From positions 160,001 to 224,000 of the forward strand of contig CBDBHE010000007.1 in assembly GCA_965205605.1 (NCBI GenBank): DNA of 64,000 bases, written 5' to 3'. Shown here piece after piece: positions 1 to 12,347 of the stretch. The stretch is from Spirochaetota bacterium. Lineage in GTDB: Bacteria; Spirochaetota; UBA12135; COTS27; CBDBHE01. Within the stretch, counting starts at the first letter, position 1, and each line of letters begins with the position of its first letter. Position numbers and translations under genes: made by a program. The notes beneath the pieces were generated by a model. It saw only the letters and a list, made by a program, of their open reading frames with translations. It was not told the DNA's origin and did not search any database.

Positions 1-777
1 AGTCTTTTTGAAAATGAAATCTCTCTTAAAAAAGCAGTTTTATCAAAAAAAATCGAGTTTCCTTTTATTCAAAAACTTAGAAAAATGGGATACGATGGTA
101 AAGGAGTAAGACTCATTAATTCAAAAAAAGACCTTAAGCAAATCTTAAAAGGAAGTTGCTTAATTGAACAAAAAATAGAGATACACAAAGAATTTTCAAT
201 GATTGTTGCAAGAAACAACAAAGGTGAAATCAAAATATTTCCAGCTGTAGAAATGATTTTTGATCCCAAAGCCAACCTTTTAGATAGCCTTTTTTGTCCT
301 GCTTCATTAAAAAAAAAAACGTTAAACAAAGCCTCTCAAATCGCCTCTAAGCTTGCTAAATCTCTTAAGCTAAACGGCATCTTAGCCATCGAATTTTTTT
401 TAGACCAAAAAGAAATCATCTATGTCAATGAAATCGCTCCAAGGCCTCATAATAGTGGTCACCACACCATTGAAAGCCTCTACACTTCTCAATATGATCA
501 GTTGTCAAGAATTCTTTTAGGTTTTCCACTCGGTAATACAGGCATCAAAATGCCTTCTGTTATGATTAATATTTTAGGCAATCAAAAAAAAAATCAAAAC
601 TATTTCCTTCAAATTGCCTCTAAACTTTCTTCTATTTCAGGGTGCTATGTCTATCTTTATGGAAAAGAAAATGTGCCTTATCGAAAATTAGGCCATGTTA
701 CACTAATAGATAAAAATATAAAAAAATTAAAACAAAAAACTAATCTAGTCAAAAAAATTTTAAACCAAAATAAATGA
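1..777 (+). CDS. purK: 5-(carboxyamino)imidazole ribonucleotide synthase (5' part outside window)
   Basis: Frame 1 is open from base 1. ATP-grasp motifs [18 protein letters not shown] and RKLGHV; overlaps purE. Confidence 0.95.
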   Translation, partial: SLFENEISLKKAVLSKKIEFPFIQKLRKMGYDGKGVRLINSKKDLKQILKGSCLIEQKIEIHKEFSMIVARNNKGEIKIFPAVEMIFDPKANLLDSLFCPASLKKKTLNKASQIASKLAKSLKLNGILAIEFFLDQKEIIYVNEIAPRPHNSGHHTIESLYTSQYDQLSRILLGFPLGNTGIKMPSVMINILGNQKKNQNYFLQIASKLSSISGCYVYLYGKENVPYRKLGHVTLIDKNIKKLKQKTNLVKKILNQNK

Positions 778-1289
778 AACAAAAACAACTAGAAAAAAAA
801 GTAGCCGTTATTATGGGAAGTGAGAGTGATTATCCAATTATGAAAGAGAGCGCAAAAACACTAAAAGACTTTGGTGTTAAAGTAGAAACCACCATCGTTT
901 CAGCTCACCGTACACCTGATAGAATGTTTTCATTTGCAAAACAAGCTTGTAAAAAAAGATTTTCTGTTATCATTGCTGGAGCTGGCGGAGCGGCTCATCT
1001 ACCGGGTATGATCGCTTCATTAACCCCTTTACCGGTCATTGGAGTCCCAATTAAGGCAAAAGCTTTAGATGGTTTAGATTCTCTTCTTTCAATGGTTCAA
1101 ATGCCAAAAGGCATTCCAGTTGCAACGGTTGCTATTAATGGTAGTGTAAATGCTGCTTACTTGGCTCTTAGAATCCTCGGAACTCAAGACCTTGAAATAA
1201 GAAAAAAAAATGAATCTTTTTTAGAAACTCAAAAAAAACAAGTCGAAAAAGCAATTCAAAAAATAGAAAAAAAACTTAATCTCGATTAA
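774..1289 (+). CDS. purE: N5-CAIR mutase
   Basis: [36 protein letters not shown] motifs. Confidence 0.97.
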   Translation: MKQKQLEKKVAVIMGSESDYPIMKESAKTLKDFGVKVETTIVSAHRTPDRMFSFAKQACKKRFSVIIAGAGGAAHLPGMIASLTPLPVIGVPIKAKALDGLDSLLSMVQMPKGIPVATVAINGSVNAAYLALRILGTQDLEIRKKNESFLETQKKQVEKAIQKIEKKLNLD

Positions 1290-2460
1290 TTCGTATTTCA
1301 ACGCGTCTGTTTTTTTCTCGACCTTCTACTGTGTCATTGCTAGCAAGAGGAACACTTTCCCCCAACCCTTCATAATAAATCCTCAACTTTCCCCCTGAAA
1401 TCTTGTCAATCGCTTGCACCACTGATAACGCCCTCTTCGTTGAAAGTCTTTGATTATAATCATCCCCCCCTTCTCCGTCAGTATGCCCTATCACCGAAAT
1501 TTGATAATGCTTATACTTAAGTAAAATAGGGACTAAGTCTTCTAAAACTTTATAAGTCTTTTTATTTAATTTGTAATCATCGTGATCAAAAAGAATATTT
1601 TTTAAGCGAAATAAGATCCCTTTTTTATCATAAAGACTTTCAACTTGCTTCTTAGCAGAGGCATTTAAAGTAAATGCTTTAGAGACATCTTTGAGTGTTT
1701 GCTGCATTTGTTTATCTGTAATAGGAACTGTCACTTGATACGTGGCCGTCGATTGCATCACAATGGATTCAACTTGATCATCGTCTTTAAGATAAGTTTG
1801 ATGGTAATAACGAAGCTCATAAAGAGGAACCCCTTGATCCAAATCCCATTCTATGGTCCCTTCACAAGTAATAAGAATCTTCTTAATCCCAAAAGGATGT
1901 TTGATTTTCAGCTGATTTCCTACCTCTTCACTTAATTGATATTCATATCCAATGATGGCAACCTGCTTGTTATTTTTTTCAATCGTTTTTTTATAACGGT
2001 AATTAGCCATCCCTTGTATCGTAAGCTTAGGAGTGGTTTTTGAATAATGAATTTGTAAAGGAGCTTGCCAAGTACTCCCTTCCTCCACAGCTTGATTTGG
2101 AAAACTAGGAACCGATCTCACGTTAGGTTGCTCGGTTTCTTCTTCTACATAAAAACGACCCCGCTTATCAATAAAAAAAGAAGATTCTTTCGTTTGAATT
2201 AATTTAGAAGGGCTAAAAGGACTCCCTTCTAAAACTTTAAAAATACCTTTTAATCCGAATTTATTTGAAACTTCTTTAAAAACCTTCAGTTTAATATTGT
2301 TTTTTTCCCACCAATGTTTCTGGTAAAACCCATTGGTTTCAACCGTAACATAGCCCACAAGATCAATATCTAAAGCACTTCCCTGAGATAAATTCCACGT
2401 TAACTTTTTAGCATCACAAAAAACTAAAATTAAAAGAAGAAAAATGATAAAATATTTCAT
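1276..2460 (-). CDS. OmpA/MotB C-terminal domain exported protein
   Basis: Signal peptide; C-terminal [27 protein letters not shown] motifs. Confidence 0.88.
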   Translation of the reverse strand: MKYFIIFLLLILVFCDAKKLTWNLSQGSALDIDLVGYVTVETNGFYQKHWWEKNNIKLKVFKEVSNKFGLKGIFKVLEGSPFSPSKLIQTKESSFFIDKRGRFYVEEETEQPNVRSVPSFPNQAVEEGSTWQAPLQIHYSKTTPKLTIQGMANYRYKKTIEKNNKQVAIIGYEYQLSEEVGNQLKIKHPFGIKKILITCEGTIEWDLDQGVPLYELRYYHQTYLKDDDQVESIVMQSTATYQVTVPITDKQMQQTLKDVSKAFTLNASAKKQVESLYDKKGILFRLKNILFDHDDYKLNKKTYKVLEDLVPILLKYKHYQISVIGHTDGEGGDDYNQRLSTKRALSVVQAIDKISGGKLRIYYEGLGESVPLASNDTVEGREKNRRVEIRINRD

Positions 2461-2576
2461 TCAAAACCTATTTTTTAGGCTAACATTTTTTTTACTTAAA
2501 GTCGATGGTATAATATAGAATCATTCCATTTTTACGATAAAAAGTTATAATAAAGATTATAAATGTATTCAAAAAA

Positions 2577-3599
2577 ATGAAAAAAAATCTTTATAAAACA
2601 AAATTAACCTTTACTTGTGTTATTTTTACCTCTGCTTTTATTTTCAATGCTTGTACCAATTCTTTTTTAGGTCCCGCACAAGTTAATAGCTACAACTATG
2701 ATAGTATGAGCACTGAAGAGCTTTTAGAACTTGCCCAGTCTTATTACTTATCAGCCCACAACCGAAACAATGAACAAGAAATCAGACTGTCTTCATCTAG
2801 ATCGATTTATGACTATCTTTTAGAAGAACGAATTGGCACTTTAAGAGAAAATAAAGCAAGCTTACATAAAACCGTAGATGGGTATGTTGCTGTTACTAGT
2901 GAAATTTTCATTGGTAACAAAAGTTTCATTGCTCTTTTATTTTCTGCTTTTGAAGGCTTTGATGAAAATAGCCTGTCATTTACCAATGAAAAAGCAGCCG
3001 ATTTTCAAAATTCAATAAAGGGTTTACGGCCTATTTTTCATCGCGATATTTTAAAAGGAGCTCTTTACCAGATCCCACTACAAGATCGTACTGAAGGGAT
3101 TTTTGCTTTTATTAGCTTGTTCAACGCGGCTGTTTTAATATCTGATTTTATTAGTTTCTTAAATTTTATTGAAGACATCCCTTCAAGGGTCCAAACAGTC
3201 CTATCAAATGTCACTCGCCTCAATGAGATTGTAGCCGAAATCAATGGACTCCCAGCTATGGTAATGTCAATGATGATTACTCTTGACGAATCAACCATGA
3301 TGGCAACAAGACTTAGAGAGGAAGGCACTCCTTTACTGGAAACCACTCAAAGTGAAATCACAGATATTAATGATATTATTACAACAGAGATTGATGAGCT
3401 CCTTGATAACATCAATGAAATCATCACTGAAATAGAAAATGAAACAACAGGCGCTGATAATCCAATCTCCTCAGCAATTAATAGTGCCCTCGAGCCTTTA
3501 AAAACAACGCTTCAAGATATAAAAACACAATTAGACACGGTTTCAACCACTGCTTCAAGTGACCTTGCTCAAATCATGCTTCCTGTAATTCCTCAATGA
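2577..3599 (+). CDS. hypothetical lipoprotein with helical/coiled-coil C-terminus
   Basis: 340-aa ORF; hydrophobic N-terminus ending FNAC (lipobox-like); overlaps the next gene. Confidence 0.6.
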   Translation: MKKNLYKTKLTFTCVIFTSAFIFNACTNSFLGPAQVNSYNYDSMSTEELLELAQSYYLSAHNRNNEQEIRLSSSRSIYDYLLEERIGTLRENKASLHKTVDGYVAVTSEIFIGNKSFIALLFSAFEGFDENSLSFTNEKAADFQNSIKGLRPIFHRDILKGALYQIPLQDRTEGIFAFISLFNAAVLISDFISFLNFIEDIPSRVQTVLSNVTRLNEIVAEINGLPAMVMSMMITLDESTMMATRLREEGTPLLETTQSEITDINDIITTEIDELLDNINEIITEIENETTGADNPISSAINSALEPLKTTLQDIKTQLDTVSTTASSDLAQIMLPVIPQ

Positions 3600-4834
3600 T
3601 ATCGCTTAATTTTTCTAAATATTTTTTTATTCTGTTTTTTTATATTTTCACTTCATTTCTAAATGGTCAATTATATCGACACCGAAGCCCTGAAATTTTA
3701 TCCCCTAGAGATAAAGGCATGGGTGGCAGTCACACAGCAACAGGAAATGATTTTTATCTTCTTTGGGCAAATCCAGCTCTTATCGCTAATGAAAAACGGC
3801 TTCTGAAAACTCGCCCTAAAGAAGCCATTTATCAAATTTTTAATCTAGAATTAGGGATTCCTTATAGTTTTATACCTGCTTTAACCGAAATCTCTTCGGT
3901 TTTTGAAGGACTTTCTACTACCGAAAATAGTTTTTTAGAGCTTACAAAAACAACCCGTATTATTGATCGTTTACCTTTAGGACTTTACACCCAACCTCCT
4001 TTGAGCTTTGGAGTCATTGGTCATCGGTGGGGATTTTCTCTGGCAAGCCATAGTGAGTTTTTTTTGACCGCCTCTGGAGGACTACTACCTTCTATTTATT
4101 TTGATATTTCTGCTGGGTTTGATGCAAAGCTTGGATTTTCACCTTTAATTTTATCATTATTTGAAAAAGATGACTTTAAAACAGGGATAGCTGTAAAAGG
4201 ATTAGGGTTTGTTTTTTCTAAGCCTAATCTATCTACTATAGATTTACTTTCTTTTTTTCCCGATCTTCAAATCGATATTCTAGTAGAAGCTGTTTTAGAA
4301 ACACAAACAACTGGTTTTGGATTTGGTTTAGATACAGGGATTCTTTTTGATTTTTTTAAAAATTTCACCCTTGGGGTTGCTATTATTGATATCTTCACTC
4401 CTTTTTATTCAATCGAAAGAGAAGATATCAAAAGTATTAATGTCCTCCCTTCTACTCATACCTTTTCATTTCTATATCCTAACCTCAAAATGGGTCTAGC
4501 CTATCGTTTTCCCGAGCATCCTTTTTTCTTATTTAAAAATGGGGTCTTATCTTTTGACCTCCATCATTTATATGATGATACCTATACAATAGGAAAACAA
4601 TTACATATTGGAACATCTGTAGATATCTTTGATATTGGTCTTATAGGGGCAAATACAGCCGCTGGTTTCAATCAAGGCTACTTTACCTTTTCAACAACTT
4701 TAAAACTACCTGGTTTCCTTTTTTTAATCCCCCCTTCTTACTTCAGCTATACATTCTATCAAAAAGAGCTCGGTCGTTACGCTAATAGTTACGCTAGATC
4801 TCTCCATATCTTAAGTTTTTCTATGAAATTTTAA
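3596..4834 (+). CDS. outer-membrane beta-barrel protein (PorV/FadL/TraF-like N-terminal motif)
   Basis: SPRDKGMGG...ATGND...WANPAL plug motif, amphipathic strands, terminal Phe. Confidence 0.65.
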   Translation: MISLNFSKYFFILFFYIFTSFLNGQLYRHRSPEILSPRDKGMGGSHTATGNDFYLLWANPALIANEKRLLKTRPKEAIYQIFNLELGIPYSFIPALTEISSVFEGLSTTENSFLELTKTTRIIDRLPLGLYTQPPLSFGVIGHRWGFSLASHSEFFLTASGGLLPSIYFDISAGFDAKLGFSPLILSLFEKDDFKTGIAVKGLGFVFSKPNLSTIDLLSFFPDLQIDILVEAVLETQTTGFGFGLDTGILFDFFKNFTLGVAIIDIFTPFYSIEREDIKSINVLPSTHTFSFLYPNLKMGLAYRFPEHPFFLFKNGVLSFDLHHLYDDTYTIGKQLHIGTSVDIFDIGLIGANTAAGFNQGYFTFSTTLKLPGFLFLIPPSYFSYTFYQKELGRYANSYARSLHILSFSMKF

Positions 4835-4884
4835 ATAAAATATAGTACCCTTAGTAATTAAAAATTTTCATACAAGGAAGCAAA

Positions 4885-6077
4885 ATGAATCATAATAAAT
4901 TATTTTACATTTTAACCCTTTGTTTTTGTGGTTTTATTCTTCTTTTAGGCTGCTTCATTGTGGATCAAATCATTGCTAAAAGAAGACCTTTTTTACTAAG
5001 CAACAGCGGGTCTAAATTTTCAACTTATCATCGCATTGCTACCTTGCGTGAACGTAAAATCAACACAACGTTTGAATATAAAATCTATCAAGACGAGTCT
5101 GAAATCCCTATAGACAATAAAATAAACTTTCTCACAACCGACTCCAATGGAATGCAAGTCAATCCTTATAATCAAACACTTGAAAAAACCAACCCAAAAA
5201 GCAAACTGATGATTTTTTTTGGCGGATCCACAACAGAATGTGTTTTTGTACAGCAAAAAAATAGATACCCTCGACTCATTTCTAAAATTCTTACCGAAAA
5301 ATACAACCTCCCCATACGCACCATCAATGCAAGTGTCAGCGGAGCAACAACACGAGGCTCCATTATTGCTCTATACGCCAAAGGCATCCCTCTAAAACCA
5401 AAATATGTTGTTTTACACCTGCCGTTAATGACGCTACTTTTTTATTGGCTAATGACCATTACTGGAGTAAGAATGCCCAGGATCGTTCTCTGATCAAAGA
5501 AGCACCACTATTAAAGAAAAACCGTGCTACTTTTAAAGAAACTTATCAGGTTTTTATAAGAGCCACTTTCCCTTTTTTACATAAAAAAATCAACCTTGTG
5601 ATTAAAAATCTCATCCATGGTAATAAACCCAGATCCACTGAAAATTATGGGCCTTTAAAAAAAAAAAAAATTATTCGTTCTAATGATACCCAAAGGTTTA
5701 TTGAAATATACCGAAAAAATGTACTTACTTTTATTGCCATAGCAAGAGCTAATGAAATCAAGCCTATTTTAATGACTCAAGCCAATCGATACACCCTTTC
5801 TACATCAAAATGGGTCAAAAATTTCACCATAAAAGAAATCGCTGAAAAAAATATCAAAATGTCTTATGAGCAATGGGTGAGTTTTTACAAAAAGATCAAT
5901 CAAACAACCCGTCAAATAGCCCTTAAAGAAAATATCCTGTTACTTGATATGGATAAAAAATTCACTAAAGAAGATCCATCACTTATTTATGATGGGATAC
6001 ACTATACAAGCAAAGGCTCTAAAATGGCTGCAACGATCATTGCTAAAGATCTCGCTCAAGGGTTATTGGATTATTAA
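4885..6077 (+). CDS. SGNH/GDSL hydrolase family protein, split by one frameshift near 5420
   Basis: Block I FGGSTT in ORF 4885-5493; AVND after the shift and DGIH (DxxH) in ORF 5445-6077. Confidence 0.75.
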
Positions 6078-6098
6078 AAAAAATAAAATTGGATGATT

Positions 6099-8010
6099 TT
6101 AATCTAAGGCAAATGTTTGTTGCCATTTGTCTTTTTCACTCCATTTTTTTTGATCTTCTTTAAGAAAAATAAGGTCTTCAATCACCAAAATATCCATTTC
6201 CGTACGCATAAAACATCGATAGCTGTCTTGTGGGGTCAAAACTATGGGTTCTCCTCTTACATTAAAAGAAGTGTTGATTACAATAGGGCAGTGTGTTTTA
6301 TCTTTAAAGGTTTTAATAAGAGCGTAGTAAAATGGATTTGTTTTTTGATCAACTGTTTGTATTCTAGCAGAATAATCCACATGAGTGATCGATGGTAAAG
6401 ACGAACGCTTTTCCTTTAATAAATCAATCCCAAAAAGATGTTTGTTTTTCTGTAAAGCAAGACGCTGTTTTTCATGAATTGGAGCCACAAACAACATATA
6501 AGGCGAGGCGTATTCATAATTTTTTTTTGTATTTTTTCGACAAAGATCAAAATAAGCACTAACATCTTCTTCTAAAATACTAGGAGCAAAGGGTCTAAAA
6601 CTTTCTCGATACTTAATTTTTAAATTTAAAATAGATTGCATTTTTTCATTACGAGGATCTGCGATAATACTTCTAGCCCCCAAAGCACGTGGTCCAAACT
6701 CGGCTCTTCCTTGATGCCACCCAATTACTTTGCCTAAAGTAAGGTAATCTGTGATTTTATCAAGTAATTCTTTTTGATTCTTTGCCTTAGAATAAACAGC
6801 TTGATAAGATTTTAATTGTTTGATAGCTTGCTTGGGAGTAAAACTAGGCCCTAAATAAGAACCTTCCATCGTATCCTCATTTTTAAATAATTTTCTAGGG
6901 CATTTGAGATGATCATAATAAGTAGCAAGCGCAGCTCCTAAAGCTCCCCCTGCATCACCTGCAGCCGGCTGGACCCAAATAGAATCATAAATATTTTCAA
7001 ATAGTAATTTTCCATTAGCAACACAATTAAGCGCCACTCCCCCTGCAAGACAAAGATGTTTTGCTTTTGTTTTTTGATACGCATGTTTTGCTATTTTGAT
7101 CAAAATTTCTTCAATAACTTTTTGTACAGAACAAGCCAAATCCATTTCTTTTTGGGTAATAGGGCTTTCTAATTTTCTTGGATTTCCTCTAAAAAGACGA
7201 TGAAATTTTCTAGAAGTCATCTTAAGGCCTGTTGTATAATCGAAGTAGGTCATATCAAGCCTAAAAGATCCATCTTGCTTAATATCAATAAGATGTTTTT
7301 TTATCGTTTCTACATAAACAGGCCTCCCATAAGGAGCAAGTCCCATGACTTTATATTCTCCACTATTAACTTTAAAGCCTGTGTAGTAAGTAATGGCACT
7401 ATATAAAAGCCCAAGTGAATGAGGAAAAGTAACTTCTGATAAAAATTCTATTTTATTGTCTTTTCCATAAGCTAAAGAAGTCGTCGTCCACTCTCCCACT
7501 CCATCAATGGTTAAAATAGCTGCTTTTTTATATGGGGAAGGGTAAAAAGCAGAAGCTGCATGAGAGTGATGGTGTTTTGCAAAAAGTAGCTTTTCTTTTA
7601 GATTATTTTTGTATTTTTCAGTTTCTTTTTTTAGAAGAAAAAATCTTTTGAGGCTCTTTTGTCAAAGCAAACAAGTGATCGATTAAAATTTTTTTTAAAA
7701 ATAACTTTTCTTTAATCCATATAGGAATCGCTTTTAAAAAACTTTTGTATCCTTTTGGAGCTTCTGTTAAATAAGTTTCTAATAGCCGTTCAAATTTCAA
7801 AAAAGGTTTTTCATAAAAGGTAATATAATCTACTTGAAAAAGAGAAATATTTGCTTGCTTTAAACAATAATTTATTGCATTTTTTGGAAACTGAAGATCA
7901 TGTTTTTTACGTGTAAAGCGCTCTTCCTCAACGGCTGCAATAATTTTTTCGTCTTTAATGATACACGCAGCACTATCATGATAATAAGCAGAAATTCCTA
8001 AAATAAACAT
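6099..8010 (-). CDS. carbamoyltransferase (NodU/CmcH/SxtI family), frameshifted near 7570-7630
   Basis: ILGISAYYHDSAA, EEERFTRKKH, HHHSHAASAF, GRAEFGPRALGARS, INTSFNVRGEP motifs across ORFs 7618-8010 and 6099-7499. Confidence 0.92.
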
Positions 8011-8023
8011 CTAAAAAAAAATA

Positions 8024-8185
8024 TTAAAATAGGGTGTATATAAAAGGGGCCAAAGCCGAGCCTTCTGATAAAACAAGAATAACCCCTAATAAAAGCATTA
8101 TGATAATAATAGGAGCAAGCCAAATCTTTTTTCTAATTTTTAAAAAAAGCCAAAAAGGCGAATTTGAAACACTTGTTATTCTCAA
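8024..8185 (-). CDS. DUF5989/SxtK-like small membrane protein (not in the ORF track)
   Basis: Manual translation: ...FWLFLKIRKKIWLAPIIIIMLLLGVILVLSEGSALAPFIYTLF*; directly upstream of the carbamoyltransferase; start codon (TTG) uncertain. Confidence 0.85.
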   Translation of the reverse strand: MRITSVSNSPFWLFLKIRKKIWLAPIIIIMLLLGVILVLSEGSALAPFIYTLF

Positions 8186-8293
8186 TGAATCATTATACTT
8201 TTAAAGTAATTTTTTTAACAAAAAATAAAAAAAAAATTGATTTGAATTTCATGAGTCTAAATGGTATATTTATAAAACTTTAGGAGGATTATT

Positions 8294-9295
8294 ATGTTAA
8301 AAAAAATTATTTTTATCCCTGTTTTACTTATTTCTATTTCTTTTGCTGGGCCTAGGGAAGATGCTGAAAAAAACTTATCTTCTTTTCTAGGAGGAGTGGA
8401 TCAATTTTTTGCTGATTCTCTTTTTGAACAACTGCCAAGTGCTTCTAGTGTAGGGGCTCTTTCAAGTATTGAGTATGGGATCAATCCTATTTTTAATTTT
8501 TCTCTTCGCTTTCCCCTTTACATTTCATTTTCCAAAATAAATACCGACAGACTTTCAAAAAGCCTCGGAGATGAGCTTTATAATTCTCTTTTAGACACAG
8601 GAGATATCGATGAAGAAATTCTAAAAAACATTCCTTTTCCTTTATTTAATTTTTATGGAGATTTCCATGTAAAATTAGGCAATCTTTTCCCCATTCCTTT
8701 CTTAAAAAAAATGGATTTTGGCTTTAAACTTTCTTATCTTTTTCTTCCATTACCCTTACTCAATGAAGGAAGTGATAATATTAACATCAATATTACTGGG
8801 TTAAATTTTGGACCTTCTCTTCGTTATAAAATATTCAAATCACCTCTTCTCAATATTGCTTTAAGAGGCTCTTATAATATTCTCAAAGGAGCCATTGATC
8901 AATCTTATGCTTTAGACAACTTTTCTCTTGAAGATGGTTTCAAAGCAAGCTTTGAAACAACGATTAAAAATGATTTTAATTTAGATACTCTTGATTTTAG
9001 CGTCATAGGAGAAGTCGACCTCAAAGTTATTAAAGGATTTATAGGAGTGGGGAATATTTTTATTATTAATCACAACTACCAAAATGAAAGAAAATCAATT
9101 GAGTTAAGCTATACAGGGACTGGCAACATTAGTGGAAAAACAGATTTTTTTATTGACCCATATGATCCAAAAATCGATGAAATTTCCATTGCTAAATTAA
9201 TGTTGGGGGTTTCTCTTTTTGGCTTTGAGCTTCATGGAGAAATCGATCAAAGATCAAACATTGCTTTTGGGGCTTTTTTAACAATTGCTATTTAA
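8294..9295 (+). CDS. exported hypothetical protein, probable outer-membrane beta-barrel
   Basis: AGGAGG RBS, signal peptide, beta-strand-like C-terminal half. Confidence 0.6.
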   Translation: MLKKIIFIPVLLISISFAGPREDAEKNLSSFLGGVDQFFADSLFEQLPSASSVGALSSIEYGINPIFNFSLRFPLYISFSKINTDRLSKSLGDELYNSLLDTGDIDEEILKNIPFPLFNFYGDFHVKLGNLFPIPFLKKMDFGFKLSYLFLPLPLLNEGSDNININITGLNFGPSLRYKIFKSPLLNIALRGSYNILKGAIDQSYALDNFSLEDGFKASFETTIKNDFNLDTLDFSVIGEVDLKVIKGFIGVGNIFIINHNYQNERKSIELSYTGTGNISGKTDFFIDPYDPKIDEISIAKLMLGVSLFGFELHGEIDQRSNIAFGAFLTIAI

Positions 9296-9310
9296 TTTGA
9301 CACTCTTTTT

Positions 9311-10497
9311 TTAAGTAAAAAAAAATTGATCTAATAAACACTGACTTAAGTGCAAATTGTTTTGAGTTTCTTGGTAAAAATCTTTTTCACCCAACACATA
9401 TGCCCTAGGAGCTTTTTTTAAAACAAGGTCTTCTTTTCTGTTTAAAATGATTCCTTGATAACCTTTTTTTAAATAGAGTTTGCCTTTTTGAAGTAAAGCT
9501 TGCTTTGAAAGACCTACTTCATACTTAAAAACGAGCATGTTTAATTTTGAATAACGTGATCGAATCTTATCAATAATTTTTTCTGTTTTTGTTAAAGAAA
9601 GCGTGATTTTATCAGAAGAAATTTTTTCTTTTAATGAAGCGTCTTTCCACTCGTAATCACTTACGGCAGCAGAAAAAATACTCAAATCAAAAGAATAATT
9701 TTGAAGATAGTGAGAAACTTTTTTAAAATAATCATCATAATCTTCAAAAAAAATAGGTTTTAAATAAGAATAAGGACAATCTATACTTTTATGCAACAAC
9801 AAAAAAACATCCGCTCCCTTACAATAAGCTTTTTGAGCAATTGTAATCGCTGTTGTACCTGAGCCTTCATTTGAAAGAAACCTTACTCCATCAATAGGGG
9901 TAGGGACAGCTCCTCCTGTAATGAGTATTTTTTTTTCCATTTTTTTATAAGAAGATAAATGATGACAAAGTAGAGCTGTAATAAAGTCAGGAGTTGGTAT
10001 TTTTTGTTTATCTTCTGCTTGTTGTCCTTCGATAAAAATAGCTCCCTTTTCTTTAAGAGTTTGCAAGTGATCAATATAAAAAGGATTTTTAGCAAGACTA
10101 ACATGCATCGCGGGAACAAGAAAAAGAGGTTTTTTCATTCCTATGGCACTAGCGGCTAAAGTCATTAAAAGGCTATCCATAATGCCATGGCTTATTTTAC
10201 TAGCCGAATTAGCCGTTAAAGGAGCTATTAACAACGCATCTTCTCTAAGAAGATGCTCTGCTAACCCTGTAAAGTTAGAAACAACTTTTTGAGCAGTTGC
10301 CCATTCTAAAGCCATTTTTCTAATAAAAAAGCAATGCTTTTTTAGAAGGATACGCCTTTACTAAAGCTCCGTGCCGTCTTAATTCTCTAGCTATTTTAGG
10401 GCTTTCAATCGCTGCAATACTGCCACAAACTCCTAAAGCAATTTTTTGTATCAATTAATTCATTACCCAATAGATCTACACTTAAATCATCTTTCAT
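9311..10497 (-). CDS. coaBC: phosphopantothenoylcysteine decarboxylase/ligase, N-terminus frameshifted in homopolymers
   Basis: IALGVCGSIAAI upstream of ORF 9311-10315; IAPLTANS, PAMH, ILITGG, IDGVRFLSN, AAVSDY motifs. Confidence 0.88.
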
Positions 10498-10518
10498 GGG
10501 AGTGAGCGTAAGTAAAGC

Positions 10519-11578
10519 CTAAAAAGATAAAAGCTTCAATTTTGGACGAAGCCGACTTTTATAAACACTAAGTGAATTTTCTTTTTTTTTTCCTTTTCTA
10601 CATTGACGCTGGACTTCTAAAGGAAGATTGATGATGTTAACACAATTTTTTGAACAACATCCTTGGTTTTTTTTTTCACAATCAGCACACTGAATAAAAA
10701 AGCAAATGACAATCATCATTACTACAATTAACATGACGATCACATAAACAATCACATTGATGACAATGACTGATAATGTCTTGTGTGATTCGCTCCCCCA
10801 TTCGCTCATCAAAAACAAAGTTTTTCCCTACAAACTTAGAAGTCATTTTTCTTTCTTTCATAAAACGAGCATATTCAATAATTCCCCCATAAAGCTGTTT
10901 AACATTCTTAAAGCCTCTGTGTTGTAAATACGCTCCTACTTTCTCACAGCGTATCCCTCCTGTGCAATAAAGCAAAAATTGTTTATTTTCTTTTTTATAA
11001 GGAGTTAATCTTTTATCAATCAAACTAAAAATTTCTCTAAAAGTATCAATATCAAATGAAATCGCATTTTTAAATTTCCCAACTTCTGTTTCATAATGAT
11101 TGCGAACATCCACAACAACCGTCTCTTGCTCATCGATTAATTTATTAAAAGACTGAGCGCTTAGATAATCACTCTTATAGTCTTTCATTTGAAGCTCTTT
11201 TTCTAAAAAATCATCTGCAACAATTTTCTTTCTTACCTTAATTTTAAGTTTATAAAAAGATCTCCTATGATCTTCAATGCCTTGTTTGATATAGATGTCA
11301 GAAAAACGCTTATCTTGCTTAAAGCTTTGCTTAAAAAAAGTAAGTTGATTTTTCGGAACACTCAACTGAGCATTAATGCCTTCTTTTGCTAAATAAATAC
11401 GTCCAAAAATATCACATTCAATCCAATTTTTATATAAAAAATCTCTTAATTCTTTTGGATTTTCAATAAAAACATATTTATAAAAAGAAAGAGTGATTCT
11501 TTTTATATCATCTAGTTTGGCTTTTTCTTTTAAAATTTTTTTATCAATTTGATTATATAAAGGACGTTTTTTTTTCAT
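10519..11578 (-). CDS. trhO: rhodanese-domain tRNA U34 hydroxylase (YceA family), 1-bp shift in a T-run near 10700
   Basis: GRIYLAKEGINAQ, DVRNHYE, YCTGGIRCEK, FVFDER; the Cys-rich tail continues in the frame of ORF 10519-10818. Confidence 0.9.
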
Positions 11579-11586
11579 TAGTGATT

Positions 11587-12240
11587 TTAAAAGTTAGTAT
11601 AGAAATCTTTTTTTTTTAAACCTTGTGAATAAAAAATATTTTTAATATCTTCTTCAAACTGCTTAGGACCACATAAAAGAAGAGAAAGATTAGGAAGGTA
11701 ATGAAAATAATTTTTTAAATAATTTTGAACTCTTCCTTTACTTTCTCCCCATTTTAAACTTGGTTTTGTTAAAGTTATTTTGACATCAATGAGATTTTTT
11801 TCCCACTTTTTTAAGTCTTCAAAATACAAAATATCTTCTTCAGATTGGCAACTATAAAGAAGGCTTATTTTTTGCTTGTTTTGAAAACAACCCCAAAGGC
11901 AATCGTAAAAAGAAGTGATCCCAATACCCCCTGCAATAAAAAGAAGATGCTTTTTACTTGCTTTTTTAATTTCATACCCTCTCCCCATTGCTTCACTAAT
12001 TGCTATAAAGTCACCTACTTTAAAAGATGTCATTTTTTCTTTATTTTCTTTACTTGCTTTAAAGAAGAAATCCCAAGAATCATTATTTTTTTTAGAAGCA
12101 ATGGCAGCAATAATTTTTTCATTATTTTTTAAATAAAGGGAAACATATTGCCCCCCTTGAATATAAGTATCTTTTTTTTCTTTTGGGTCAACTTTAATTT
12201 TAATGAAATTTTTTATAATTTTTTTTTCAATAATATTCAT
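11587..12240 (-). CDS. FAD/NAD(P)-binding oxidoreductase (ferredoxin-reductase family)
   Basis: GQYV, IAGGIGIT, LLCGP motifs. Confidence 0.85.
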   Translation of the reverse strand: MNIIEKKIIKNFIKIKVDPKEKKDTYIQGGQYVSLYLKNNEKIIAAIASKKNNDSWDFFFKASKENKEKMTSFKVGDFIAISEAMGRGYEIKKASKKHLLFIAGGIGITSFYDCLWGCFQNKQKISLLYSCQSEEDILYFEDLKKWEKNLIDVKITLTKPSLKWGESKGRVQNYLKNYFHYLPNLSLLLCGPKQFEEDIKNIFYSQGLKKKDFYTNF

Positions 12241-12347
12241 GACAATAATCGTAGCAAGAAATTTATTTTTTTTATTTAACTATTTAAAGCTTTAGAATTT
12301 ATGATAAAATGAGTTAAATTTAAAATAAATTAATTTCTTCATTAAAA

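Noticed and set aside
6099-8185. Saxitoxin biosynthesis cluster
   Set aside because: Only widespread sxtI/K-like genes are present; no sxtA, sxtG or other core genes.
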